Part shown: positions 8,830 to 18,418 of the stretch, piece by piece | How positions within the stretch are numbered: the first letter of the stretch is position 1 | Layout: each line of letters starts with the position of its first letter | From: an uncultured delta proteobacterium | Lineage (GTDB): Bacteria; Desulfobacterota; Binatia; UBA9968 | Assembly: GCA_963840855.1 (NCBI GenBank) | Contig: CAWJBB010000040.1 | Span: 64,001 to 128,000 of the forward strand | Length of the DNA: 64,000 bases | Direction: 5' to 3' | The notes under the pieces: model-generated | Told to the model about the DNA's origin: nothing | Database searches by the model: none | What the model saw: the letters and a program-made list of their open reading frames with translations, nothing else | Program-made: the position numbers and the translations under genes

Positions 8830-9037
8830 TCTCCCACAAACAGGACCCACGCACACGATCCACGATCCCCTTATCCTTCTGCCCCATCCTCCCCCCCAGT
8901 CCCCCCACGAGCACGAACCACGAGTCTCGATCACGGGTTTTGGACCAATGTTTTAGACGAGTTGGATGCGTGCCAGGCTTGAGATATATTATGAGACGGA
9001 AAGGTGAAGGGGGCATTTCTGGAAAAGGAGCGATCTC

Positions 9038-9265
9038 ATGAGTCACACAACCTCTGTCGTGCATAGCGATCCAGAGATCCTTGGCGGGACTCCCGTATTC
9101 GTTGGCACACGTGTGCCGCTGCGAAACCTCTTCGATTATCTTGAGCGAGGACACGGCCTCGATGAATTTCTTGACGCGTTTCCGTCGGTTTCTCGGGAGC
9201 AAACGATCGCGGTTCTGGAATCCGCCCATGAGGTTCTGACGGCCGGTGCGCGTCCTCCTCGATGA
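9038..9265 (+). CDS. DUF433 domain antitoxin
   Basis: DPEILGGTPVFVGTRVP. Confidence 0.9.
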   Translation: MSHTTSVVHSDPEILGGTPVFVGTRVPLRNLFDYLERGHGLDEFLDAFPSVSREQTIAVLESAHEVLTAGARPPR

Positions 9266-9548
9266 ACAAGTAGATCACTCTACTCGCCAGACGGCGAACC
9301 CCTCCCTTATTTTCAGGCTGTTCAAAAAGATCTCAGAGGCGAGGCGCGCGAAGATCGATAAGCGGAGGCGTACTCTTCTTGTACGTTGACGCGAAATCGG
9401 TCGAGCGCAACAAAGCATATGAGTCTTTTTCAGCAGCCTGGCAGTTGCTTCGAGTAACGTCTTGGAGGACTTGCTGCCGCTAGTGCCTGGCCTCCTCACC
9501 GCGATTTCCAAGAGCCAACCCGGTAGTTTACTGCGGGTCGAAATCTAA
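9246..9548 (+). pseudogene. DUF5615 PIN-like toxin, centre deleted and replaced
   Basis: N-terminus MRVLLDEQ and C-terminus SNVLEDLLPLVPGLLTAI...LRVEI* flank a MITE. Confidence 0.7.
9314..9440. mobile_element. 127-bp MITE with imperfect 16-bp TIRs
   Basis: CAGGCTGTTCAAAAAG ... CTTTTTCAGCAGCCTG. Confidence 0.75.
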
Positions 9549-9874
9549 CGCCCAACAGCAAGCGAACGGTAGATTCTTATCCTTTCCGTAGTCCCCCCAC
9601 GAACACGAGTCACGATCACGACCACGGCCTTTATCCTTCAGCCTTTATCCTTTCCCTAACCCCCACGCCCACGCTCACGGCTTTGTCCGGACACGTTCAC
9701 TGCCTTTCCGAAACCCCCACGCCCACGTTCCACGATCACGACCCACGATTCTGCAACCCTTTGCCTTTGTCCTTTCCGAAGCCCTCCACGACCACGAACA
9801 CGCTCACGATCACATCCTCCCCATCACAATGCGATCTGTCATTTCGACCACCACACCAACCACTGCCTACTGAT

Positions 9875-10354
9875 TTATCCGACGTCCGCTGCTTTGCGGC
9901 CCTTCTCTGTCAATGCCCAAACGCCTGTTCGAGTCTCTTTAACTGGTTTCAAGAGTCCTTCATTGCGCATGATGTGGACTTCCCATTCCGCACTCTTTTG
10001 CCAACGTATTGTTCCTGACTGAATGTCGGATTTGTCGAAATCAGTGAGCCTGTCCCTCATCATGGGCTCGAGCTCTTTCAAAACTGTTCCCCTGTCGGAT
10101 TCGCCACCGTGTCGTTTGAGAACTTTCAAGATAGGATCTCGGAACTCATCCTGTGGAGTCTTGGAATCGTTGCTTCTTCTCATTTTTACGGTCCTTACGA
10201 TCGCTTCTGATGCTTCCGATTTCAGTTCCGTCACGGTGACAGGCGAATTTAGACCTGCTATGCGGCGTAATACTGAATTGGGAGTATCCTCAAACGGTTG
10301 TGCATGTTTCTGCAACCACGCATATACATCATCATCAATTCGAATTGTAGGCAT
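9875..10354 (-). CDS. DNA-binding protein: SeqA-N/RHH-like N-terminus plus Mrr_N winged helix
   Basis: MPTIRIDDDVY...DTPNSVLRR; TPQDEFRDPILKVL...RW...W...GLL...GVWALTEKG. Confidence 0.7.
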   Translation of the reverse strand: MPTIRIDDDVYAWLQKHAQPFEDTPNSVLRRIAGLNSPVTVTELKSEASEAIVRTVKMRRSNDSKTPQDEFRDPILKVLKRHGGESDRGTVLKELEPMMRDRLTDFDKSDIQSGTIRWQKSAEWEVHIMRNEGLLKPVKETRTGVWALTEKGRKAADVG

Positions 10355-10424
10355 TATTTGCTCCGGTCAGGTGTTTAAATGTTACAGTATATTTAGTGTT
10401 CCTCTGTGTCAAGGCAAGCGAGAG

Positions 10425-11874
10425 CAGGGTGAATTCGTCCTAGCGAGAAACATCAAGATAGTTAAAGAGGTAACACGACTTCTGGACATTTCCCCCCGCA
10501 TCGTGTATAACAGCTATCGCTTACACGATGGCGGAACCATCATTCTTAAACCTTGACGAAGTGCACGTGCGCCCGGTGGAGCACAGCGAAGAGGCGCGTC
10601 ATCACGAACTGATGGCAGCGCATCACTACCTGGGTTTTTTGCCCAAGATCGGTCAGACCCTGTGGTACGTGGCAACCTACCACGGTCAGTGGGTAGCGTT
10701 ACTGACCTTTTCCGCCGCCGCCTGGAAATGCTCCGTGCGCGATCGGTGGATCGGTTGGGACTTCCACCGCCAATATGATTATGCCCGGCTCAAATTGATC
10801 GCCAACAACAGCCGTTTTTTAATCTTGCCCGACTGGCATCGTCGCAATCTGGGCTCCAAGATTCTCTCGCTGTGTCAAAGGCGGCTGCGTGCCGATTGGC
10901 TGGAGCGCTTCGGCCATCAGCTGGTACTTTTGGAGACCTTCGTGGACCCACGTTTCCACGGCACCGTCTATCGTGCGGCGAACTGGTCGTATCTGGGCCT
11001 GACCCAAGGATACCGGCGCACCCGCACGGGCTACACTACGACGAGGCTATCGCCCAAAAAAGTGTTCGTCACACCCTTGCAGGCCAATGCCCGCAAGCTG
11101 TTAGCGCAGCCTTTGCTTAAATCCCCTTATCGTCAAGGAGTCCCCAAGATTATGCTGAGCGCCCAACAGATGCGATCATTGCCTGACTTTTTTCTCGACA
11201 TTCCCGATCCGCGCCGCGCCCAAGGACGACGCCATCCCCTCTGTGCAGTGTTGGCCATTGCGGCTGGGGCCATCCTGTGTGGCATGCGCGGCTACAAAGC
11301 GATGGCCGACTGGGCGCAAAGTCTCGGCCCCAATGCCAGAGCACGGTTTCGTTGCCGCTATGTCAACGGTCGGTATCTTGTGCCCAGCGAATCGATCCTG
11401 CGCAATGTCCTAATTCGTGTGGCTCCGGCTGATCTCGACCGCTCTCTACAATGCTGGAACGCCGCCTTCGGCCAACACGACACCCGTCTTGCCATCGACG
11501 GTAAGACGATGTGCAACGCCCTGGATCAAAACGGCGATCAAACCCATGTCATGAGCGTGCTCGGCCATCAGAGCAAGGCCTGCTACACCCAAAAAAAGTC
11601 GGTGCTCTGCCCGTAGCGGGCAATTTTGAAGAACTCAAGCAAACCAACGAGATCGGTATGGCTATCCCCCTGCTCGATAGCCTCGATCTAACCGACAAGG
11701 ATATCACTGCCGATGCTTTACTGACCCAGCGCAAAGTGGCCAACTACTTGGTCGATCTACGCCACGCCCACTACCACTTCACCGTCAAAGCCAACCAGCC
11801 CACGCTGCTCGACGACCTTAGGTTGTTCTTCCAGGACCGAAAACAACCCGACTTCGTGATGCACGACCCACCCG
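10425..11874 (+). mobile_element. ISAs1-family element, right part removed at the IS21 junction
   Basis: Left end CAGGGTGAATTC typical of ISAs1; transposase stops at the IS21 terminus. Confidence 0.7.
10528..11874 (+). pseudogene. DUF4338 (DruA-like)-fused ISAs1 transposase, -1 frameshift at A7G (11591-11598), 3' truncated
   Basis: HHYLG, NNSRFLILP, ETFVDP; PDPRRAQGRRH, AIDGKT; second frame TNEI, ITADALLTQ, VKANQPTL. Confidence 0.85.
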
Positions 11875-11978
11875 TGTTCGATTTCACTGAAGGGACCCAC
11901 CCGATTTCAACGAAGGGGACCACCCAATTCAGCGGAGCGAAGCGACGAAGTTATCTTGACTGTCTACAATAAGCCTCC

Positions 11979-12734
11979 CTAGTTTTTCAATCCTGATTTT
12001 TTCTCTGTGAGTTTTTCTCTATAGGACTTCTCTCCTTTCAAGGTGATTTTCTGAGATGGATGAATCAGCCGATCCACGATGGCCTCGGCGATCACCGGAT
12101 CTTCAAACAGTTTGAGCCATCCCTGGGGCTCAACCTGGGAAGTGACGATGAGGGGAGCCTTGCGGTAGCGCTCTTCGAGGATGTCCATCAGGGAAGTGGC
12201 TTCCTCGTGGGTATAGTTTCTTAACCCCAGGTCATCGAGGATCAAAACCTTGGCCTTGATGAGACTACGGATGTAGTTGAGGTAACGGCCGGCGGCCCTG
12301 GCAGCTTGGATTTCCTCGAACAGGAAGTTGACTGGCAAGAATTGCGTGGGATGACCTTCCTGGCACAGCCGTTTTCCCAAGGCTATCGCTAGATGAGTCT
12401 TTCCCAAACCGGTTTTACCTAAAATCAAAAGATTCTCCAGGTTATGGAGGAAGCCGAGCTCGCAGAGTTCTTTGATCTTGGCTTTGGTCAGATCCTTGTG
12501 GAACGCTAAATCTAAGTCTTCCAGATCGGCGCGGAACCGAAAGCGGGCCTTGGTCACCAGCGCCTTGGCGGTTCGGTCTTTGCGCGACAACAGTTCATCT
12601 TCGAGCAGCAAGCGTAAAAACTCCAGGGGATGGAGCTGCTGGGACAAAGCGATCTGGGCTTGCCGTTCGCAGGCTTCATGGATGCCAAACAGGCGCATCT
12701 GGTGGGAAAGGTTTCTGACTTGATCAAGCATCAT
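11979..12734 (-). CDS. istB: IS21 helper ATPase IstB
   Basis: GKTGLGKTHLA Walker A, LILDDLG Walker B, AIVDRL. Confidence 0.95.
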   Translation of the reverse strand: MMLDQVRNLSHQMRLFGIHEACERQAQIALSQQLHPLEFLRLLLEDELLSRKDRTAKALVTKARFRFRADLEDLDLAFHKDLTKAKIKELCELGFLHNLENLLILGKTGLGKTHLAIALGKRLCQEGHPTQFLPVNFLFEEIQAARAAGRYLNYIRSLIKAKVLILDDLGLRNYTHEEATSLMDILEERYRKAPLIVTSQVEPQGWLKLFEDPVIAEAIVDRLIHPSQKITLKGEKSYREKLTEKKSGLKN

Positions 12735-12897
12735 GGCGGGGAGACCTCCTGGTGAAACGGCTGTTTTGGGGGGTACCCAAGGTATGGGTCAAAGCGAGAT
12801 CGTCGTTTATAGGGCCTCTGTGGAGGTCGTTTTTCTCTGCTCCCTGCTCTGGGAGGTAAAAAATCAGGTTGGGGCTGGATTTTAAGCTCGTGCTCAT
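12724..12897 (-). CDS. 57-aa ORF between istA and istB
   Basis: ATGA overlap with the istA stop; MSTSLKSSPN...RRSPRHDA* overlaps the istB start. Confidence 0.4.
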   Translation of the reverse strand: MSTSLKSSPNLIFYLPEQGAEKNDLHRGPINDDLALTHTLGTPQNSRFTRRSPRHDA

Positions 12898-14413
12898 AGC
12901 AGTTCCTCCTCCACCGACGGCAGCGACAGTTCAGGATCTGAGCCCGCGTTGGCAGCGTATTGGTGTAGATGCACGGTATCCAGCTTTCTCTGCGGGGGAA
13001 GAAGCGTGGGTCTTTGGCCATGGGTAACAAAGTAAAGGGCGCAGTCTTGGATGTAGGCGAGCCGTGTCTTGTTGAAGCTCATCGCCCGCTGGCAGGCATG
13101 GTCCAAAGCTTCAGCCGTGATGGGATAGCGTTTGGCAAGCCGCAAGATTCCTTGGACCCGTCTTAGATGGCGCAATGGATGTTGGCCTGAGAGCAGATCA
13201 TCGAGTAACTTCTCGACATGGGGGCCAAGCTTTTTGGCCTGTTCTTGAGCGTGACGGACTTCAAAGCGCGCCACGCTCAGCTTGGCTTCGGGATAATGGA
13301 AATCATAGGTGGAGAACTGTCCGACCCCCATCAGTCCGTGTGAGCGGTAAGGGGCTGGCTGTCCTCACTAAACACTTCCACAATTTTCTCGGTGAGCCTG
13401 ACCCTGACCCTTTGGCTGACGTAGACAAAGGGGACCGAGTAGAAGTTTTTCTCCACTTGGATATGGCAGTCGGGATGGACTTTAGCCTGGCGCCACTCGC
13501 TTAACTCGAAGGGAGAGGGTGGCAGGGCCTTTAATTGCTTTTTCTCTTGCTCGAAGCGCTGGTTGCGGCTCACCCCGTAGTCTTTCATCACCTCGCGGTT
13601 CAACCGATGAAGATATTCCCTGAGGGTTTGATTGAGATCTTGGAGAGAATAGAAGACCCGGTTACGGACCTCCTGGAAAGAACCCTCTTTGGATCACTCC
13701 GATGTGGCATTCCCCAGAGCCCTTGTCCCGGGCCTTGTAGGGTCTGGCCGGCAGTACCGCAAAGCCCATGTGATTGGCAAAATCACAGTAGGTGGGATTT
13801 ACATCGGGGTCGTACAGATCGGCCTTGTGGACACCGCTCTTGAGATTGTCCACCACTACGTAGGGGGTTATCCCACCAAAGTAGGCGAACATGCGCTGCT
13901 GGACCCCGATGAAGGTGGAAAGCTTCTGATCTAGAACGAATTCCCCGAAGGTATACGAGCTGAAGGGCAGAACCCCTAAGAAAAACTGGGTCAGTGTCTT
14001 GTTTCCCGTCCCTCGCTCGGTGATAAACAGACCGTCTGAAAAATCGATCTGGGTTTTTTCCGCAGGCTTGTGATGAAGCCGGATAGTCACTTGATCGGGT
14101 GAGGCTTGCACACTAACCTTTTCCCGAAACTGCCGCCAAAACTTTACATACGCTGATCTCGGGGGCCACCTCCCGCTGGATCTGCTTGACCGTGGTCCCT
14201 TTGCCATAGACTTCCTGGCGGACATACTCCCAGTCAACTGTCTCAACCCAACCACCGCTCTCACTGGGCGGCTCTGCGGTGGGCTCCAAAAACTTCCGCA
14301 CCGTCCTGCGCGAAAGCCGAAGTATCCGGGCAATACGGCCGAACGGAGTGCCCCTGTTCGGACAGAGATTTGATTTGAGCTCGCATACGAACGCTGGTCC
14401 TTTCTTTGGCCAT
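12894..14413 (-). pseudogene. istA: IS21 transposase IstA, several frameshifts
   Basis: QIDF, VVDNLKSGV, PARPYKARDKG, FYSVP motifs spread over several frames. Confidence 0.9.
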
Positions 14414-14566
14414 TAACTGGATCCTCCTCCAGTTGGCCAAGGTAGCATCGTTCGTCGGCTGGCTCAGAAAACGAAGGGGACCACCTGAAATTGGGTGGGT
14501 CCCTTCCTTGAAATCAGGTGGGTCCCTTCGTTGAAATTGGGTGGGTACGTTCCGTGAAATCGGTCA

Positions 14567-15663
14567 GTCGGATGCAGAGACATGTACGCCGACTGCAGTG
14601 ATGAGTCGTGTAATATGGTGAGAGACTTCTTCGCTCGCGTCATTGCCACGTAAACTTCCCGATCTCGGTCGGCTTCGGCGAGATCGAGTGTGTGTTTGTC
14701 CTTCGTAATGGCGAGATTGTTTACGTCGAGCACAAATCTTATCTTCTCTCCACTGAAGAGCCTCGTTCTTAGCGCGGGCGCTACATCTATCGCGCGGCCT
14801 GTTCCTGCAGTATAAACATGGTCGAACTCGAGGCCCTTTGCCTGGTGGAAGGTTAGCATTAGTACCGCATTTTCCTCGAATGTTTCTACTTCTAGGTCGT
14901 CAAGTGGAGCGCTATTTAGTAGAGCGCCGAAGACATTGAGCAGTTGCCAGAAACGCTCCGGCCATACGAATTTGTTCTTACTCTTGGAGACATCGAGCGG
15001 GAGATCCAGTGACTGGCGTGTTAGGCGAGTAGCCGCGATGTTTGCCTCGAGTAATTGAGTAAACAACGCTTGTCGAAATAGAGCGGGGGTAAATCCGGTG
15101 TTTCTAAAGAAGGGAAGACAAAGGAGACGCGAAACGAGTCCTGCCAGCGTCAATCTCGTCTTCTTCTGGGAGGCATACGCGCGGACAAGGTTCTCGCGAA
15201 TCTGAGCAATAAACTCCAAAACGACTCGGCGTTGCGGGGCGGCGGCGCCAATCTTTCCGCGTTCACCTTTGACGTAGCGCTTCTGAAACTCAAGATGCGA
15301 AGTGTTAATCGGAAAAGTTGGCGACTGGGTATTAGCATAAGCCTGGCGGTTTGGGTGGTCATGGTAACTCGCTGCTACCATCACTTCCCGGCCGCCCTTT
15401 CCGGCCGGAGCAAGCGAGATCGGGTCAATGAGATACGAAATAAGCCCCAACAGTTGTGAGACCGGACTGTCGGAGGTCGCGGCAGTCTTGTTGCGCGGGT
15501 TGTAAACGCGAAGATCGGCAGATTCCATCGCATTGCGCAGTGTCAATGCTGGCGACGGACGGCCTTTTCCGCCTCTTTCACTGCTGCTGAAAATCAATAT
15601 TGATGCCGAAGGAGGTGTCTTTCCAGAACTTCCAGGTATTTTGCCTGCTCCGATGTTTTCCAA
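14567..15663 (-). pseudogene. C-terminal part of a UvrD/REP-type SF1 helicase, truncated at both ends
   Basis: LTFHQAKGLEFDHV and YVAMTRAK motifs; no Walker A; abuts IS21 and a RAYT-associated motif. Confidence 0.85.
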
Positions 15664-15732
15664 TTCACGAGAGGTCTAAGGGGTCAAGTCTAGAGTTGAC
15701 TAGTTATACCCTTTCCTGGTAGTGGTCATACC

Positions 15733-16692
15733 ATGTCGCGTCCATTGCGGATCCAGTTTCCCGATGCGGTGTATCACGTCATGAACAGGGGTGCCGCAAG
15801 ACAGGCGACGTTTGCGAGCGACGCTGACCATCAAGCCTTCCTCGACACGGTGGCCGAGGCGCACAGGCTGTGGGGTATCGAAGTCTTCGCGTACTGTTTG
15901 ATGGGGAATCATTACCATCTGTGTCTTAGAACATCGAGAGGAAACCTTTCCCGGGTCATGCGCCACCTCGACGGCATCTATACCCAGCGATTCAACCGGA
16001 GCCATGGCCGCGACGGCCCGCTGTTTCGCGGTCGCTACAAGGCGATCCTGGTTGAGCAAAGCGAGTATTTGGCGGCTGTGATTCGTTGCATTCATTTGAA
16101 CGCGGTTGCTGCGGGGATTGTAAAGCTGCCCGAGGATTATCGCTGGGCGAGCCACCGATATTATCGTCGGAGGAAAGGGGCACCGAGTTGGCTCAATACC
16201 ACGGAAGCAGTGGAACAGATCGGCGGGAGGCAAGCGTTTCATGAGTTCGTGCTATCGGGGAACGAGGAATCATTGAAGCGTTATTATGAAGCTAAGCGTC
16301 AAAGTCCGATACTCGGCAGCGAAGAGTTCATTGAGGGGATAAGAGAGCGGGGTGCTGCAGAAGTGCGGGAGTACGCACGGTATGAACGGCGAGTGGTGCA
16401 GACGGCACCGGAACGTGTTATCGGCGAAGTGGCGCGGCAGTACAAAGTGGCGAGGGAGGAGATTTTTCGCGGGATACGGGGACGGGAAAACGAGGCGCGG
16501 AAAGTGGCGATGTACCTGGTCAAGCGCTGCTGCGACCGGACGTTAGCCGAGATGGCGGAATACTTCAAAGTGGGTAATTATTCGGCGGTGGGGTGGAGTT
16601 GCCGTGCGATAGAATCCAAGATGGCCAGAGAAAAGAAGCTCAGAGATCGGATCGAAAAGATAATCGGAAGTATCCATCAACGGATGCTCTAA
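15733..16692 (+). CDS. REP-associated tyrosine transposase (RAYT, Y1 HUH) with C-terminal DnaA-C-like HTH
   Basis: MSRPLR, YHVMNRG, YCLMGNHYHL (HUH), GPLFRGRYKAILV; usual RYIH tyrosine motif reads RCIH here. Confidence 0.9.
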   Translation: MSRPLRIQFPDAVYHVMNRGAARQATFASDADHQAFLDTVAEAHRLWGIEVFAYCLMGNHYHLCLRTSRGNLSRVMRHLDGIYTQRFNRSHGRDGPLFRGRYKAILVEQSEYLAAVIRCIHLNAVAAGIVKLPEDYRWASHRYYRRRKGAPSWLNTTEAVEQIGGRQAFHEFVLSGNEESLKRYYEAKRQSPILGSEEFIEGIRERGAAEVREYARYERRVVQTAPERVIGEVARQYKVAREEIFRGIRGRENEARKVAMYLVKRCCDRTLAEMAEYFKVGNYSAVGWSCRAIESKMAREKKLRDRIEKIIGSIHQRML

Positions 16693-16699
16693 GGCTGCT

Positions 16700-17150
16700 C
16701 AAAGTTTCAAGGTTCAAACGTTCAAGGATAGATTCCGACAGGGAACTTCCACGTTTCGGTAATTCTCGAAACGTCGAAATGAGCAGCATTATTAATTGAA
16801 GAGGGATTGCGGGATTCGGGTTATAGATGTGGAGGTCAGGCATGATATTGGCTATTTGGGAGAATCTGCGGGTGTCGGGCATTTAGTTATTTAATTCCCA
16901 CCATGGACTCGATCATCGAGGCGATTGCAAACCGCTTGAGAATCCGTGGAGACGCCTTTCACCCATGCAATAGCCAGTTCCAATCGTTCCAGCCGTTCAA
17001 TCGCTATGCTCCGTTCAAAGCGCTCTAGCCCAAGACAGGTTTCAAGCGTTCCAAAGTTCCAGTGGTTCCATTCGTTCCACCGCTTCGTTCACCAATTAGG
17101 AGTTCCGTTCCAATCGTTCCATTGCTTGATCAGTTCGAAAAGTTCCAGAC
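16700..17150. repeat. GTTCAA/GTTCCA periodic repeat tract including the 32-bp palindrome (16747-16778)
   Basis: Core AATAGCCAGTTCCAATCGTTCCAGCCGTTCAATCGCTATGCTCCGTTCAA related to 8470-8519 (minus) and 41620-41668. Confidence 0.75.
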
Positions 17151-17406
17151 CTTTCAGATTGTCCGCATAACGCACGTAGCGAAGCTTGCGGCGGATCGGT
17201 AGAAATCAACGGCGTAACTAGGCGGGTGGCACAAGCACAGAAAAAGAAAATGAAGTATATCATCGGGCGTCCTCGTAAAATTCCCTTCCCCGAAACCGCG
17301 CCTGATTTTGACTAATTACGGGCTGGTCCCCTAAGTCCTTCCCTTCTCCGAATTCCAAAAATTGACGTGTTTGTGATAGCAACGACAACAGGCTAGGAAC
17401 TACTCC

Positions 17407-17880
17407 GTGGCGACCCTTCTATATTTCGATACGAATGTGCTTTGTCGCCCTTTTGATGACCAGACAATAAGAAGGATTCGGAGGGAGACCGAGGCCTTTG
17501 AACGCATCCTAGAAAAGATACTAGCCAAAGAGGCTGCCTTTGTTACTTCTGATATTCTCGTTTTTGAGATTCGAAGGATTATCTCGCCGGTCAAGAGAGC
17601 CAAGGTATCGATCTACCTTCGTTTACGTCAGGGCCATCACGCTGCAACGACGGAAACTTTAGCGATTGCAAATGAGATCATTAGAAATTTCAAGCTGTCA
17701 CCGCGGGATGCGCTGCACGCCGCCAGTGCCGTGCTGGGGGAGGCCGAGTATTTCCTGTCCTGCGACGACGGCGTCACGAAAAGGTTTAAGACAACGCCGC
17801 TTTCTGTTAACATCCAGAACGAAGATCGCACCTTGGAAGTGATGAATCCGGAAGATTTCATTGCGAAGATGGGATGGTAA
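17407..17880 (+). CDS. PIN domain toxin
   Basis: YFDTNVLCRPFDDQ, DALHAASA, FLSCDD. Confidence 0.85.
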   Translation: MATLLYFDTNVLCRPFDDQTIRRIRRETEAFERILEKILAKEAAFVTSDILVFEIRRIISPVKRAKVSIYLRLRQGHHAATTETLAIANEIIRNFKLSPRDALHAASAVLGEAEYFLSCDDGVTKRFKTTPLSVNIQNEDRTLEVMNPEDFIAKMGW

Positions 17881-17882
17881 TA

Positions 17883-18095
17883 ATGGGTAAACCCGCCGGC
17901 AAAGTCGAAGACGCTCTAATCCAGGAAGGCTGGAAAACTCTCGTAAAAAAAATGGGAGTGGCTAAAGCGACTCGTTTTCTGGTTGCCTTCGAGCGTGGAG
18001 AAGGAGACTCCGTAAAAGAAATCAAGCGTTTCTGGCGTGGCAAGTCACTGGATGAAATTTATCGCATGGTCAAACGCGAAAAGATAACGCCCTAA
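17883..18095 (+). CDS. Putative antitoxin partner of the upstream PIN protein
   Basis: ~70 aa, GWKTLVKKMGVAKATRFL...GDSVKE; coupled to the PIN gene. Confidence 0.7.
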   Translation: MGKPAGKVEDALIQEGWKTLVKKMGVAKATRFLVAFERGEGDSVKEIKRFWRGKSLDEIYRMVKREKITP

Positions 18096-18244
18096 CGTCA
18101 AGTTTCAGTTTGATCGTCGCAAACTCCGATGCGGGTCGGCCCGGCGCAAGGTATTGATCAGCGATAGAAGATTATATAGATGGCGCGGTCTAGAGGCTTA
18201 GAGCGGGTTTTTTCGGTGTGAAAAGCCACTCTAAGACACAACCG

Positions 18245-18320
18245 ATGCCGCGCGCCAACCGCCATTTTCTACCTGGTCACATCTGGCACATCACTCACCG
18301 CTGCTATCAGAAGAAGTTTG
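18245..18320 (+). pseudogene. 5' remnant of a RAYT (MPRANRHFLPGHIWHITHRC subfamily)
   Basis: N-terminal motif; near-identical second stub at 19878. Confidence 0.75.
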
Positions 18321-18418
18321 TCGCGGTCGGCTGCGCCGGTTTGACATCGATAGCGCAGTCTCTTAGCATTGGTTTGGATTATCAATCATGGTCGAAATCA
18401 TTTAGAGAGGGTTGGCTT

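Larger units (their letters stand above)
11875..14566 (-). mobile_element. IS21-family insertion sequence (2692 bp)
   Basis: TG...CA ends (TGTTCGATTTCAC / GTGAAATCGGTCA), subterminal ~23-bp repeats GAAGGGACCCACCCRATTTCAAC, istA-istB. Confidence 0.9.

Noticed and set aside
6506-9830. CRISPR array suggested by recurring direct repeats
   Set aside because: Repeats are kb apart or degenerate, with no regular repeat-spacer units and no cas genes
10528-11150. Druantia defence system
   Set aside because: The DruA-like domain is part of the ISAs1 transposase; no DruE or other dru genes are present
14567-15663. Functional Gabija-type or other helicase defence system
   Set aside because: Only a helicase C-terminal fragment; no partner nuclease and both ends are truncated
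9544-18120. Integron attC sites (CTAAC/ATAAC at ~9545, ~17166, ~18092)
   Set aside because: No matching GTTRRRY right ends found by eye and no integrase; truncated attC remnants cannot be excluded without IntegronFinder
18218-18418. N-terminal extension of the DUF433 protein in the ORF track
   Set aside because: In-frame read-through from a RAYT stub; the true start is likely 18419
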